Shown here: piece after piece, positions 1 through 12,922 of the stretch | Position numbering within the stretch: the stretch's first letter is position 1 | Layout: each line of letters starts with the position of its first letter | Assembly (NCBI GenBank): GCA_035084275.1 | Contig: CM068757.1 | Location: forward strand, 5,766,001-5,830,000 | Source: Hydrolagus colliei | Taxonomy: Eukaryota | Length of the DNA stretch: 64,000 nt | Direction of reading: 5' to 3' | The notes under the pieces: model-generated | Seen by the model: the letters and a program-made list of their open reading frames with translations, nothing else | Database searches by the model: none | What the model was told of the DNA's origin: nothing | Translations under genes and position numbers: made by a program

Positions 1-1324
1 TCATTGAGAAGACAATTAACTAATGATATCAAGACTAAAATAACCTTAAGCCAGATAGAATATGAAACCGTTTGCAGTTAGGATTGGTTTAATCGAGCTT
101 CACATTTAGTGAATTAGGAAAATGTATTCTGGTTGTTCGATTTGTGAATGGCGGAGACCGAGAAATGATCCAAAGACATTACAGTCATCTAATTGCGGGG
201 TTTCTTGTGATACGATAGAATGCGAGAGCCAAGCTCTCACTATTTATAACGTTTGCAGTTGCTCCCGCGAGACCGTTGCTCTACAATGTGTTTCTTGGCT
301 CTTGCTAACCTGCGCCTAACACTTCCCAGAATGAGCTGAGCAGGATGCATCCCTCCACGGAGAGAGTCCATTCCATTTCAAACACAGGGGAGATTTCCAC
401 GGGTTCATAGTGTACATATGTGGAGTGCTCGGTGTGATTTGGCCACTCTTTCTTTCAGAGGGCTCGTGGCTGAAGCAATTTATTTAACCGAAGCGACAGG
501 GCCAAAATTCAATTTTCTTGTTTGCAAACGCGTGCTTAGAAGTTACTACCAAATTAAACCGCAATCTCAACCATCTCTCCCAACGCTAAATTAGCCCTAG
601 TGACCGTACTTGCAAGCACAAAGCTGAACATTTCGGTGCTAAATATGACTAAAATTGTGAACAAGACTGTTGCAGGACAACTCTATTTGGTTTGACATCA
701 CTTTGGACAGGTAGCACAAAGAATGCAGCTCTGATCTGTTCATTGTTTCCTGCTCTCCCTCCTTTGACCTGTTTCACAAGGTAGAATGTGTTCTTCCCAC
801 CCGTGCATTCCATCTGTGGCCGTGACTGGGTCCGCAGGGCAGTGGAAAACAGAATCCATTTTGCTCTACTGTAATCTATATTTCAAGCCTTCTGCCGCCT
901 GCTTTTCTCAGTGGAATCAATTCAAACAGCGAGGGAATTGCCTCATCCACTTGATTCTCCTGATTTCATCTGCCAGAACCCAATTCCAATGAGTCTCACT
1001 GAGAGGCGTGCAGAAAACAAGCCAGGCATATCTGGAATCACTAAGCTCTTCCTGTTGAGATAGGTCACCAAAGATTGCAGATTTCTTACAAGAATATTAC
1101 TTCAAAGGTGACCTGTTCCACTCAATACGGTGACTGCTGTTATCTTTAAAGCGCGAGTGTTTGGATGGCCTAGAAACTGGGGCCTTGATTAGAGGGCTTC
1201 GGTGTGATTCCCAGCTATCAGAGGCAATCAACACTCCAGATGATACGTTCCTCTGGGTTTCAGCCAGGTTTCTAGGTGAAACATAGCATTTTCATGGAGA
1301 TACGATCAGATATAATCTGCCGTA

Positions 1325-1660
1325 ATAATCCTAATCCTTTGATATGGCACCATTCACGGAAGGACAGTCATGTAAAACGAGCTTCACAAGATTTCACTAC
1401 AAAGTGACTGTATTTTGCAGGTGAACTTGACAGTTAATCTGTTCACCACAATGTCCCACAAACAGCCTTGAAGTGAATGACCGATTTTATCTGGGCAATT
1501 GTTGGCCAGTAGTCCAGCAGAAACTCCCTTTTCATTTCAAATCAGTACGATGGCATCTTCAACATCCACTGGGACAGGCAGGCGGTACGTGGGTTTCACA
1601 TCTCATCTGAAGAATGGACCCTCCGTGATGCATGGCTTCTCCAATAGACACTACCTTGTG
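1325..1660 (-). mobile_element. Old degenerate SacSINE1/AmnSINE-like Deu-domain SINE
   Basis: Reversed tail (taataatcc) followed by 'aactcccttttc...atggcatcttcaacatccac...gggtttcacatctcatctgaag', matching the reverse complement of the shark DeuSINE body as I recall it. Confidence 0.6.
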
Positions 1661-1765
1661 TGAAAGACACTGTATAATTGCAACCCGAACCTTAATGTGT
1701 AGGGGGTAAATTCCAGACCAGCAAAGGACGATTCTAATCTAAACAAGCAATAACCCAGCTGACTA

Positions 1766-2079
1766 GTTCTTTAGCTCAGTGGTTAGAGCAGTTCCCTTAC
1801 AAGTATGAGACCTGTGTTCGAATCCAAGCAGATCAGGGCGAAACCTTGGGCAGGTTTTCTTACCCCACCACCTAATAATAATCCCTCAAAAAAAACAATA
1901 ATAAAAAAATTGGTTATTTCAATCCATGACTGTTTGTGGGAAACTGCTGTGCGCAATTGGCTGTCGCATTTCACCCACAAATGTAGTCAATTCACTTTAC
2001 AATATATTCTGTGAAGTGCTTTGAGACGTCTAGAAGATGTGAAAAGTGCTTTATCAAATGCAAGGATTATTATTATTAT
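1766..2079 (+). mobile_element. Full-length tRNA-derived Deu-domain SINE (young chondrichthyan family)
   Basis: Box A (tagctcagtggttagagc), box B (gttcgaatcc), Deu core (tgtttgtggg..ctgctgtgcgcaattggctg), 3' stem-loop and (TTA)n tail; near-identical copies elsewhere in the window. Confidence 0.92.
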
Positions 2080-2535
2080 AGAGTTGCTGATTAACAAAGA
2101 ACTGCACTTCAGAAACGTCATGCAACATCACGTCTAATGGACGAGTGAGAGCGACATCCGCGACAAAGTCTCAGCCAGTTCCAAAACTCCTGTGAGATTA
2201 AAAAATTTCCATAAATTGACAACTCTCCCAAACTCCAATGCAAACTGAGAACAGATAAGGGGGAATCGGTTCACAATTCTACGCGTTAAGTCTTCATCAT
2301 CAAATAAGAAAGCAAAATAAAGGAAACCCAGGCGATGGACAGCAGATCGATCAGAGCCTGAAACAGAAAGAAAAAAACACCACCCATTTGATTGCGACCT
2401 TTGTCAGAACGGGAAGCGTGGAGATGACATTTCACAGCTGAATACATTTTCAGACAGGAGCATATTGACCTGCCATGAATTTCCAGCCATTCCCTGATTT
2501 TATTTCGGATTTGCAGCATTCATCGGGCAATACCG

Positions 2536-2585
2536 TTTGCATTTATACAGCGCCTTTCACATCCGGAGGGCGTCTCGAAGAGTTG
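2536..2585 (-). mobile_element. Short L2-type 3' tail
   Basis: gcatttatacagcgcctttcacatccggagggcgtc is the reverse of the recurrent L2 tail. Confidence 0.7.
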
Positions 2586-4365
2586 TACGTTTTCCCTGTG
2601 TCCTTTTTTTTCCAACAAGGGGGAGCGAAAAGCTCAAAAAGACAGACAGCCCCCCCAAAAAATGCTAGTTACACCCGAGGTGGTTTGGTTCATGTGTAAA
2701 TCACCAAATAATCAACTCGGTCTGAGGCAAACACAAGCAACGAACTCATGAACCCGTGACCTGAGGGGAAAGGTCAGAGAGTTGCCAGCTCAGCAGTTAT
2801 CTAGCCCTTCACATCACCCGCAGCTTCCTTGAAATATATGAAAGTCTTCAACGCTGTCACAACCATCCATGAAAACCAGGTCTGATGTCTCAGCTGACTC
2901 TCTTCTCCACCCCCATTCATTGTGCATTTCATAAAGAGCAAAGCGTCAAGTAAACAAGTAGATCAATTTTACCTTATGAACATCTTTGTATGAGCTACTG
3001 AACTTCTGACTTATTTCCCAGCCTAATCACTTTGTTAGACTCGGGCAAAACAGGATCCAGGTTTGCCGTTTACATTAAAAGACTGCCTGCAGACAGAATC
3101 CAGGTCGCTGTACCGCAATATAACAGGATTAAAGAAGCTGGCAGGTAGCAGAATATAAAATCAGTCTTCCCTTCGCTATAAACATGCACTTGCAACAAGC
3201 TATCGACTAAATGCGGCATTTGTTAAAAGCATTGGCATTCACAAGTGCACCAGGAGAATCTCCGCACAATTTCAGGCTGTCATTCAACGCAGTGTAAAAC
3301 CGTCTGATTGCAGCTAAGACTAACCGTGAGGGAAGCCATGTTGTGGCAGAAACATTGGTTGAATTTAAGAAAAGAAATTTGAGAAAAGAAAAGAAAAATT
3401 ATCAGACATACATTGGAGGGAGGGAGAAGGGACGTGGAAGAGCATTGAGCTCCGCAAATTGTGTGCACATGACTTTGCAGCAGTCACATTGCACTGATTT
3501 ATGTTGAGTTTACCTTGCCCTGCACTGGCAATAGCTGGCTGGTAGAGGCGAAAGTCATCATGAGTAACAGTGAGTACCAGCCGATTTCGTATAACTGCAC
3601 GTACACTATCAGACACGTGCAATGTGGAAGCACAGAGAGACAACGCAATTCACCTGACAAGTAAATAACAGTGGCAAGAGAAAGGCGTCTGACAATCAGA
3701 CTGTTTCCCATTCTCCTCTTAACTGTGCGCTTGTTTGGGTTCTATAAGATGGCAGTAGGAATTAAAATAAACACAATGGCAACAGTAAGAATTGTTGTCA
3801 GTCTTGCCATTTCATGTCACCTGAGTGCAGATAGTAAAGAAGAGTATTCGACAGCATTCGAGGCAGTACTAACTGCATACAAAATTAAGTATTGCTGATT
3901 CATTTGTGTATTCTGTCCCGTTTCATTTGTATTAACAAGATAACAGGTTACAAAAAGGGTCAAAACCTAGTTTTGCTTGGTTGACGTTTACCTGTTCCTT
4001 TGAAAGTGTACAGTGAGAATCCGTTATTACATTAAGTTGGCCAATAACTCACAAGTGACAAAGCAGTGAGTGAGTTATAGTTAGTGCCATGAATGGAATA
4101 TAAATCATACCCCGAGGGTCTTCTTAATGTATTCTGTTTATACCACACACCGAACGTTAACCCGCTGGAGAATTAGGGAAAGGTGTTTGGGTAGAGATAA
4201 CGCGGATGTATTTTTTTTGTGGTGCTCTAGATTCTTTAGTAGTTTCTTTCCACTAGGCTGGAGATATTAGCAAGTGCTAATCGGATGCTTTGCTGCACTT
4301 TTAGGATGGTATACATTGAGTAATCGCTTCAGATCCATTGGCAAAGGACAGCTCCAGTAATGAGA

Positions 4366-5530
4366 ATCAATCAATCAATCAAAACTTACATTTATATCAT
4401 GCCTTTCACGTCGAGAGGACGTCCCAAGGCGCTGTACAGTTAGGTAGGGACAAGAGCAGGGGGGGGGAGGGGTTGGGGCAGGACGAAGAAGAGTAGGAAA
4501 ATTGACTGTATATTTGTGGGCGAAACGCAGCAGCCAAATTGCGCACAGCAGTGTCCCACAAACAATCATGGAAGTGGGATTGAGGGAAATGGGGTGGAAA
4601 AGATGTCAAGGGGAGGGATCGGGGCAGGCAGAAGGAGAGCAGGAAAGCCGACTGTATACTTGTGGGCGAAACGCGGCAGCCAAATAGCGCACAGCAGTGT
4701 CCCATAAACAGTCGCAGAAATGGGGCCAGGGGAGAAAAGGGGAAAAGAGGGTAAGGGGGGAGAGGAAGGGAAAGGTGGTATAAAGCAAGGTCAGGGAGGA
4801 AGAGGGGGGGAGAAAGGGGGGCAAAGGAGAGAGGGAGGGAAAGGTAGGTGGGGGGAAAAAATCAGGGAGAAAGGGAGGCAAGAGGGAAGAGGGAGAGAAA
4901 GGGAAAAGGGGGAAGAGAAAGTAGGGAAAGGGAGTGACGGGAGAAGAAGGAAGGCCAAGGGGTTGGGGGGGGGGGAAATCAAACAATAACAACAATAAGC
5001 AACAAAATCAACAACAAAAGCAATAATGTTAACAATAAAAACAATAATCATCAACGACTAGCAACAGTCCAGCAGTCACTCCTTCTCCCCGCCGCCCGCC
5101 CAAACCATCTTCAAAACAGCGGGAAACAGGGCCCAGTGCGGCCTCAGGCCCAAAAGCCGACCGGCTCCTCAGCTGGTGTCCCCGGCGACTCGGTGACGGC
5201 CCTGGTACCTCGGACGCGGCGTCTCCGGCCGGTTCGCTCAGCAGCAGCCGCGGGCGCAGCTCGATCGCCATGCGGATCTCGCGTGACCCGAGATGATCCT
5301 TGGCTTGCAGCGCCAGACCGGGTGAAATGCCTCGCGGGGGAACCACCCGAAGACCTCGCTGTCGAGCGTGTTCACCACGCCCACCGACGATGAAAGTCCG
5401 TGTTCAGGCGGACCTGTCCCAGCTCCCCGCAGACGTGTGGTGTGTAGCTCTGCATCCTGTACAAGATGGTCCAAATCTCAGTAGCGGTTTCGGTGGCAGT
5501 TACGCCTAAACCTCCTCCGCCGCCGGAGAT
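4366..5530 (-). mobile_element. Composite non-autonomous retroelement: CpG-rich head, pyrimidine tract, duplicated Deu domain, L2-type tail
   Basis: On the minus strand: GC/CpG-rich head (5050-5530), TTG-rich linker (4980-5050), C/T-rich tract (4720-4975), two Deu cores (about 4650-4714 and 4503-4568), L2 hairpin tail (4381-4440) and (TGAT)n end (4366-4380). Confidence 0.65.
4720..4975. repeat. Polypurine (G/A) low-complexity tract
   Basis: Almost exclusively G and A on the + strand. Confidence 0.9.
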
Positions 5531-8409
5531 AATTATCCTAATTATCAATTATTTTAAGGACGACGGTATTTCAAAAAAGTTGTGTCTGAAAGACTCTATA
5601 GAGGCATGGCAATCAAAAATATCCAATTAAAAAAAGTAGACATCTGGTTCTGGGCATTTTACTGAGTTTCTAACGTATCCTGCTTTACTGCATCTAAAGA
5701 TTTTATTTGCATTAAATGCAAAATACAAGCTGTGGAATATAGAACATTTTCTGTAATTCTCACAGCCTTAAACATACGTCTGGTGTTAAGTGGACCAGGA
5801 AACTCATCGTGATCTGATCTAACCTCCATGTGCACAACACATGTGGGGGCAAGATAGAGTACAGTACATCTAAAATACACCCATTAGAATTATTACTTCA
5901 TAACTAGACTTTTTTGGACAGTTAGATTTTTTAAATTCCAATTTCCCACATTAATACAGTCAACTCTCGCCTCAATGTGGAATCCCTGACTCTCAATATA
6001 TCATATTGAAATGTGCAGGGCCCAATAAATGTCCCCCCACCCCTTCGCACCATGCCTTCCCCCCTCCACCCCCACCACCCCCCCACCCCAAGTGTAGCTT
6101 CTGTTGTATAATGTCACATAAAGATTACTTTATCTTTGAGTTCTGCCACCGTGGGCTGTTCTTCCAACATTAAATTGTGTATCTATAATTGGCAGCCACT
6201 GTGTCTAGTCTTACACTCTGTCCCCTGATTAAAAAAAAGATTTTCACCATCTTTCTCCTCTCCTGACTATACTGCCGTGTGAAGAGACCATACCAACTTC
6301 CAGCACAGCCACAATGCAGGACAGGGATCTGGATCTCATAGGTTTTAATCACCCGCGTTTATCTGCCTCTTGAGTTTACTTTACTGGAGTTTATGTGCTC
6401 AATCAGCATAACATCGCTCTACCAAGGTCGACTAAATCGTCACAGCATCTTCTGGGTCGTGCTCTCACTTTCTAAAACACCTTCCCGTATATTACCTAAT
6501 CTCTAAAACAGTCCTGATCACAGCAAATTGTGCTTGAGCAACATCAGCAACTCCGAGCCACCCATTAGAAACTGCCGCACTTTCCTGTTAAGTGAAAAAA
6601 AGCGTTATGGCCTTGAGTCTTTATTCCTTAAAATGTAGAATTTTTGATGCAGTTATAACAGCTAGCAAAGAATTGTGGTCCTGACCTTTTAGCTAGTGTG
6701 TAAAGCACAAAATCCTGACTGTCACCTTGTGTTTTTTAAGCTGCAACGTCATCTCAACAAGCAATTTTAACCCATTTCATTAATTTGATTTTTTTTGAAT
6801 CCCTCCTCATTCTATTTTAAATTTGCCACAATTTATTCCCATCCACCAAGGGCAGCCTGGAATCCCAAATAGCCACCGTTGAGGGAGAATGGGTGTCCGT
6901 CGGCAAGACTCACGGGAAATCCGGTTGGCAGCAATGGAAGGCATCATTGCATCACCTGACCAGCTGTGGAGGAGACAACAGTAGCAGATCGCAACTCTCG
7001 TTCTAAATTGCCACAAATGAGAGCGCTTTTTTTTTAATCACCAGAATTGGAGTTGGATGGCCTCCAAATCAAGCGCTTGTCTGAACCAGCGCCGCGAGAC
7101 AAGGGGCAGGCAGCTCACTGGAGACGAGATGGACAGTTCCGTTGTGGTCCAGTAACCCACTCACATAATTGACGCTGAAGGGAGTTGTAGGAAAGTCGAA
7201 TTGGCAATTGGCGTAACACCACCGCTTCCGTAATACCATCCAAGCCTCCTATGACCCTCATTAAGGCTCGAAAGGGTCTTTAGGGGGAAAATGAGTGAAT
7301 TAGCTGGGTCGTACAATGGTGCTGTGTTATTACAGCTGTTTACTGTAATGAATGCATTTGCTAGACGTACAGGTGATACAAAAACAGCTCCAGCTTTGTG
7401 ACAACTTAGGCAGTTTAAGGCTGGCAGAGAAAAGCGGGAGAGGATTTTGCTTTGTGAAGCAGACTCGGGCTCCTGGATATCTGGTCCATCTGTGGGCTTT
7501 ATAATAAGACGCAACAGCTTGAAGCTAAAGATTTGCAATTTAGTTGTTTTTTTTGCCTATTCTGCTGCTGAATCTGCGGGATTCATTTCCCAACAAAAGC
7601 ACAAACCTCGGATCAATTCAAAATTGATTATAATGTTTGCGTTGGTTTTTTTTGTGTGTGTTTGTGTGTGTGTGTGTGATGATAAGCTTTGTATGAGATC
7701 CTGTGATACAGAGTTGCACTTCTGGCTAAATCCTATCAACACTAAATGTCCAATGAAGCTACTTCATTCAACAGCTATATACAGCATACAACATGTTGTT
7801 GTATATACTATATACAGTACAATGTGTTGTTGTCACACAAGTGACATCCTGTTAAAGCCACATGTAACATTCTGTTCAATATTAAACGTATACAAACATT
7901 CTTCAGTATAGCACATGAACTTAACACTGTGAACACCCTGTAATCTCGGTTTTGTTCCTGGCTCTTGTCTGTCTTGTCTAGTTTGATTTAAACAAGGCCG
8001 ACTGTCACAAGCTGGTTATTTATCGGTTCACACCGCTCTCAGATAGGTCAATCAGATGATAAGCAGCAGCAAACAGGAATGGGCTGACTTTGGAAAAGTC
8101 CATTATAATTTAAAAACTTATTCCCAGTGACGGTGAACTCATGGCCCTCAAACTCATGACAATCAAATAACTCAATCAGATAAAGTCCCATGCTGTTACG
8201 CAAGGACCTGACTGCATCAACTCTAATTGGAGAGGGGAGGGTTGGTGGTGTGCTCAAGAAATGCCGCAATATTACTTATGCTGCCCTTTCACTGGGAGGC
8301 CAGACAGCACAGACAGACATTGATACTGTACCTCCTGCTCCACGTCACTTCGAATTGGGGCCAAAGAAAGGCAAACACCTGACCCACCTTTGAAATTCAA
8401 ATCAGAATG

Positions 8410-8510
8410 CAGGCATTCGCCTACGCAAAACGCAAGTGACTGCACTTTACAATAAATCCTGTGAAGCACTTTGAGACACCTTCCCATTGCAAATGCAAGG
8501 ATATATTACT
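8410..8510 (+). mobile_element. DeuSINE 3' fragment
   Basis: cactttacaataaatcctgtgaagcactttgagac...aaatgcaaggat. Confidence 0.65.
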
Positions 8511-9299
8511 GAATAAAATGTAAGTCATTCAGCCTGATCCCCAATTTATTTGCTCATGCCATTTATTATCTAATCCCATTCCCTCACCTTCTTTCCATAT
8601 CCAAGCAAATCCTACATATTATTAGAGGCAATGAAAAAACATGAGATGTGTGAGCGGTCTTGCCAGCGTTCTACTTAGTCAAATATTCGCTTCACCATTC
8701 TAAGTGTGATTCTCTTCTTGAAGAGAAACATGAATGTTGAATGAATTGGCTGGAGTCAACACATTTGTAGGGTTAACAATATTTGATGTGATGGCTGGAG
8801 TGTTTTCGCTGCAGATTTTGAGACCTGTTTGTGGTACCTTTACTTTATCTCAATGCCTGATTTATATGCATCCTGAATTACTTAGGAGAACAGAACACAG
8901 AGTTGGCAGAAATCCACCAGGGCTGTTAGCAGAACCAAACTTGTCTCCCATCTGCTCATTTCAGTCATATCAACGACTAGAATTAGTCCACAGCAGGTCC
9001 ATCCAGCCGTAGCCTCAGGCCAGTTTGTAAAATGTAGTTACTGAGAAATAATATTCTTGCTGAATAACAAACCAATACTTGGGAATACTTTTTAAAAAAA
9101 ATATCATGTGTCTTCTAAAGGCTAGACTCGGGCAGTTCGAAATGGAATCACACAGAACTGGTGTACTTGGCTCTAGTACACAGCTTCTGGTCTGATCGCT
9201 GGCCCTTTCATTAGAAATCAAATCAATTTGTTTGCCTACTAGCTACGCACACTTTGACAGGACAAAAACATGTCCAAAAGGTTCAGTGATGCCAAACAC

Positions 9300-9495
9300 A
9301 GGTCCGGGCCAACAATCTCCAGATAACATTGGTCACTCACTTCATTTCATGGCTGTTTGTAGGACATTGCTGTGTGTAAATTGGTTACCATAGTACACCC
9401 ACATTAAGAAATCACTTTTCAGTAAAATTCTGATAAAAACGCTTTGAGACATTTCAACCACGTGACAAGGAGTTATCCCAAACTAAAGGATAATT
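9300..9495 (+). mobile_element. Old DeuSINE fragment
   Basis: ggctgtttgtaggacattgctgtgtgtaaattggtt...aaacgctttgagacat. Confidence 0.6.
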
Positions 9496-10552
9496 TCAGA
9501 CCTTTCTACCATCAGAGCTTGTCTGTTTTACTTCCGGTAGAGCACAAGTGCATAAAATTCGAAGACCCTGTTGCTCTGTTTGTAGGGCAGATTTACAGTA
9601 TTGTCCTTTGGTGAAGTAGTTAAGACTGAAGATTAAACCTGTTTAAAACCAACTCTGATAATAACCTATAATTACAGGAATCTGCTACAGTTTTACTGAT
9701 CTTGAAGGCCACCCATTTGTCACAGTCATTTTGGTTCGAAGAGTTCAGCCAAGGATCTGTCAAATGATGCAACTGAAAGCTCTCTGCTGGTTGAAGCTGG
9801 TCGGCAGCTGAATGCACAAACAGTTTCGATCTAACAGCATCAATTTCTAATGTTGAAGGATTATCATGTTTCTGATGTGTAAAACTATCCTTAATTAGCA
9901 GATAAATTCAGGGCAACTGCACTAGCCTTTCATTCTTCATTGAGACGTTGCTCCTCAGTTCACTTTGTCATTTTAATAACAATGGCATTTAAAGGCAAGA
10001 GAATGCAGTGCAGTAACTTAAAACGTGCTTCCTCAAACTATTTTCGCCCCGATAAGTAATTACATTCGGTTGTAATTGGCAAGGAATGTTGACTCATTTG
10101 CGAAACCATCAATCAAATGAATTCTCGAAATATGATCTGGAGTAGAGATAGGCAGGCAGAGTGATTATCTAATTCAAGGCTGATATAAAAGTGTTCTACA
10201 TCCATTATGCAGATTTGTTCACTGGAACTCGTTGTTTACTGGAACTTGTCTCACATCCACACAGATGATAAACATAAATTGTAATATAACCAGTTCAAAC
10301 TACAGCTTCAACTGCAAAATAAATGAATGGCATATTGAAAATAGAAGCGGCTCTTCCTTGACCCTTCGTTGCTGGATGATGGAATGTGCTTTTATACATG
10401 CTCATCACTCTCCCCCAGCGAGATAGCAAAACGAAGAGTGATTTTGGAAATCTGGCCCCTGATCTTTCATTATTCCATCTGTTTACTTGCAAAATGAAAG
10501 TATCCTCTGCATAGTGTGGGCCACGCATTTGGGAAGTATAGCAATATGTGAC

Positions 10553-10622
10553 AACGCCTTGGGATGTCTTCCTGACGTGAAAGGCACTATGAAAGTGTAA
10601 TTTGTTGTGGTTGTTGTTGTTA
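10553..10622 (+). mobile_element. Short L2 3' tail with (TTG)n
   Basis: cgccttgggatgtcttcctgacgtgaaaggcactat...gttgttgttg. Confidence 0.8.
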
Positions 10623-10782
10623 TCTTCTACCACAACCTCACTGTTCCAGGGAGCCATCTGCAGATAGTCCAAAGCCTCTACTGCTACACAGGGGTAATCA
10701 CCAAATCCTGGCCACAATGCCTGAGCTCAGAACATTTAAGAGATAGTCTGATGTTACAATAGGAGACTGCAGGATTAGTACT

Positions 10783-10910
10783 TATAACATTCGTTGAGTT
10801 TGATACAGCGCTTCATCCCATCTTCTAGACACCTCAAAGCGCTTCACGGAATATACTGTAAAGTGAATTGATTAAATATTCTGTGCGCAGCCACAAATTA
10901 CGCACAATCC
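10783..10910 (-). mobile_element. DeuSINE 3' fragment
   Basis: tcttctagacacctcaaagcgcttcacggaatatactgtaaagtgaattga. Confidence 0.8.
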
Positions 10911-11142
10911 AGAGGAATAATTTCAAATAGGTCAAAGTTCTTTGTTTATCAAAACTCTAGTGGCTATTTCTATGTAGCTGATGTGCATTATATATATATA
11001 TATAGTATATGGATACACACACACTCACACATATAATTTTAAGTTCCAGTAATTATTAAAAAGCAAAGGAGAGCTCTCCAGAAGAAATGTCCAGCTTGTC
11101 CAATCCTGATTTTTTCCCTGTCACAAAATTATAACACACAAA

Positions 11143-11184
11143 CACGCATACAAATATATAGTTCACGCATACAAATACATAGTT
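11143..11184. repeat. 21-bp tandem duplication
   Basis: cacgcatacaaata(t/c)atagtt x2. Confidence 0.85.
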
Positions 11185-12440
11185 ATGCAGGTAGATTTAT
11201 GTCCTCTGCCCAAACCACAATCTCAGGATAAATGACGGTGGTTTAAAGGGTCAAACAAGTAAAACAGACTATCTTGATATGCACTGTCCCTGCCCCACCT
11301 AAAGCACCTATTAAATATTCTAAAGTTGATCTCAGTTGCATTCCCAGCAGATTAATGCACCCATCAAACACTTCTTGTCCAGGACAGTGTGGATTGTGAA
11401 TGAAATTCATCAACCAAGGGTTAAGGTTAAACGTATTGTTGTCATCAGTCAGAGGTATCACCGCAGCTCCATCTCAAACGTCTGGGAGAGTAAATAATAC
11501 AAAAGCGACTAAGGTAAGGCAACCTGGAAGTAGCTCTGGTAAGCAGCCTGCGGACAGGTGGTGATTTGCTCATCGTCACTCGCTGCCTGCTCGCTCCTAC
11601 ATTTATAATGTTTCCGATTATGAAAAGCAACTTCATCCCTATTAAAAACACATACCTAGTTCTGCACTTGCGCATTCCACCACACCTAAGATCCCAGGGA
11701 AAACCAGCAAAAGGTTTAAAAATCCTACGTTAATCCTTGTTGCTACTCTGGGCTGCCACCAAGAGAAAGTCGTGAGCAGCCACATTGATCAGGGAACCAG
11801 GAACTTAGCTAACCACCGTAGTCTGACAAGTCTGACTGAAAGACAGTGAAATTTCCAGCTGAAGATGAAACCTGCAGCAGGAACACTGAAGGCAGTTGTT
11901 AGCTCCATAGCAATGGGCAAGAAGAAGCTAACTACAGGACTGAGTGTGGGTATCAAACCTTCTAAACAGTCAGCGTGTGTATCAATCATCATTTACTTGC
12001 CTAATTTACATGAACATGACCTGTAGGATTTTTTTTTATCAAGGAAGTACAACCAGCGGAATTGATAAACTCATCACACACAGAAAAATGACAGGCTAGT
12101 TCTCCTCTCTGTCGCAGACGGGAGGGTGTGTTCACATTAAAAATGGGTGTCTGGGTTGACGGGATGTCTTCGCTGAACGATCCCGTCTCAGCACTCCATT
12201 CACGCTGAACGCATTTGTCCCTTTAGTCCCACCTTCCATTGTTTCACAATGGAACCAACCCGGTCATCAACACTTTAACATGGCACTTTAACAAGACTGT
12301 TAATCTGAAAAGCCTTCGAAAAGGCAAGCCAGTCCGTGACGCCGCACATTACACTCGTCAATGTGGTTAAAAGATACTAGTGGGAGCGCACTATTGGCCA
12401 ACAGTGGAATATTGGGCATTATTATTCATTATTATCGGGC

Positions 12441-12742
12441 ATGAATCCTGTAGCTCAGCGTTTAGAGAACTCGCCTTACAGGCGAGAGACCTGGTTTCAA
12501 TTCCAGGCAGGGCAAAACCTTGAGCAAGTGTCCTTACTCAACACGCCTGATAATAATAATCCCTCAAAAATAAACAATAATAAATTGGTCATTTTCAATC
12601 CACGACTGTTTGTGGTGACACCGCTGTGCGCAATTGACGTGAGCGTTTCGCTCACGTATATAGTCAATTCACTTTACAGCTCTGTGAAGCACTTTGAGAT
12701 GTCTAGAAGATGTGAAAAGCACTATATCAAATGCAAGGATTC
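12441..12742 (+). mobile_element. Full-length tRNA-derived DeuSINE
   Basis: tgtagctcagcgtttagagaactcgccttacaggcgag head, Deu core and tail stem-loop. Confidence 0.92.
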
Positions 12743-12867
12743 AGCACTCTTTAGTAGGCCCACATAACACATGTCCATCAGTACAGCAAAGTGAGTCAGA
12801 GTGGGAAATACAAGGTCCCATTCCCAATTGATCTGTCACTAGAAGCCATGACAACTCAATGCAATAC

Positions 12868-12922
12868 CAATTTATGTTTGTATGGCTCCTTTCATGTCTG
12901 GAGGACGTCCCAAGGAGCTGGG
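12868..12922 (-). mobile_element. Short L2 3' tail
   Basis: cctttcatgtctggaggacgtcccaaggagctgg. Confidence 0.75.

Noticed and set aside
1766-1840. tRNA gene (apparent TAC anticodon; similar heads at 12445, 39200, 57930 and 62110)
   Set aside because: No intact acceptor stem, the anticodon varies between copies (TAC/CGC/TAT), and each runs straight into a SINE body. These are SINE heads.
4606-5054. Pro/Phe/Leu-rich and Gly/Glu/Lys-rich ORFs
   Set aside because: Artefacts of the polypurine/polypyrimidine tract.
5029-5509. CpG-island promoter or first exon with overlapping ORFs
   Set aside because: The ORFs are expected in GC-rich DNA and match no protein I recognise, there is no clear donor site, and the segment is contiguous with retroelement modules. 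Not fully excluded.
5955-5975. pogo/Tigger-like TIR (ta-cagtcaactctcg; also tacagtaaaactc at about 32627)
   Set aside because: No partner TIR found nearby; too short to support a call.
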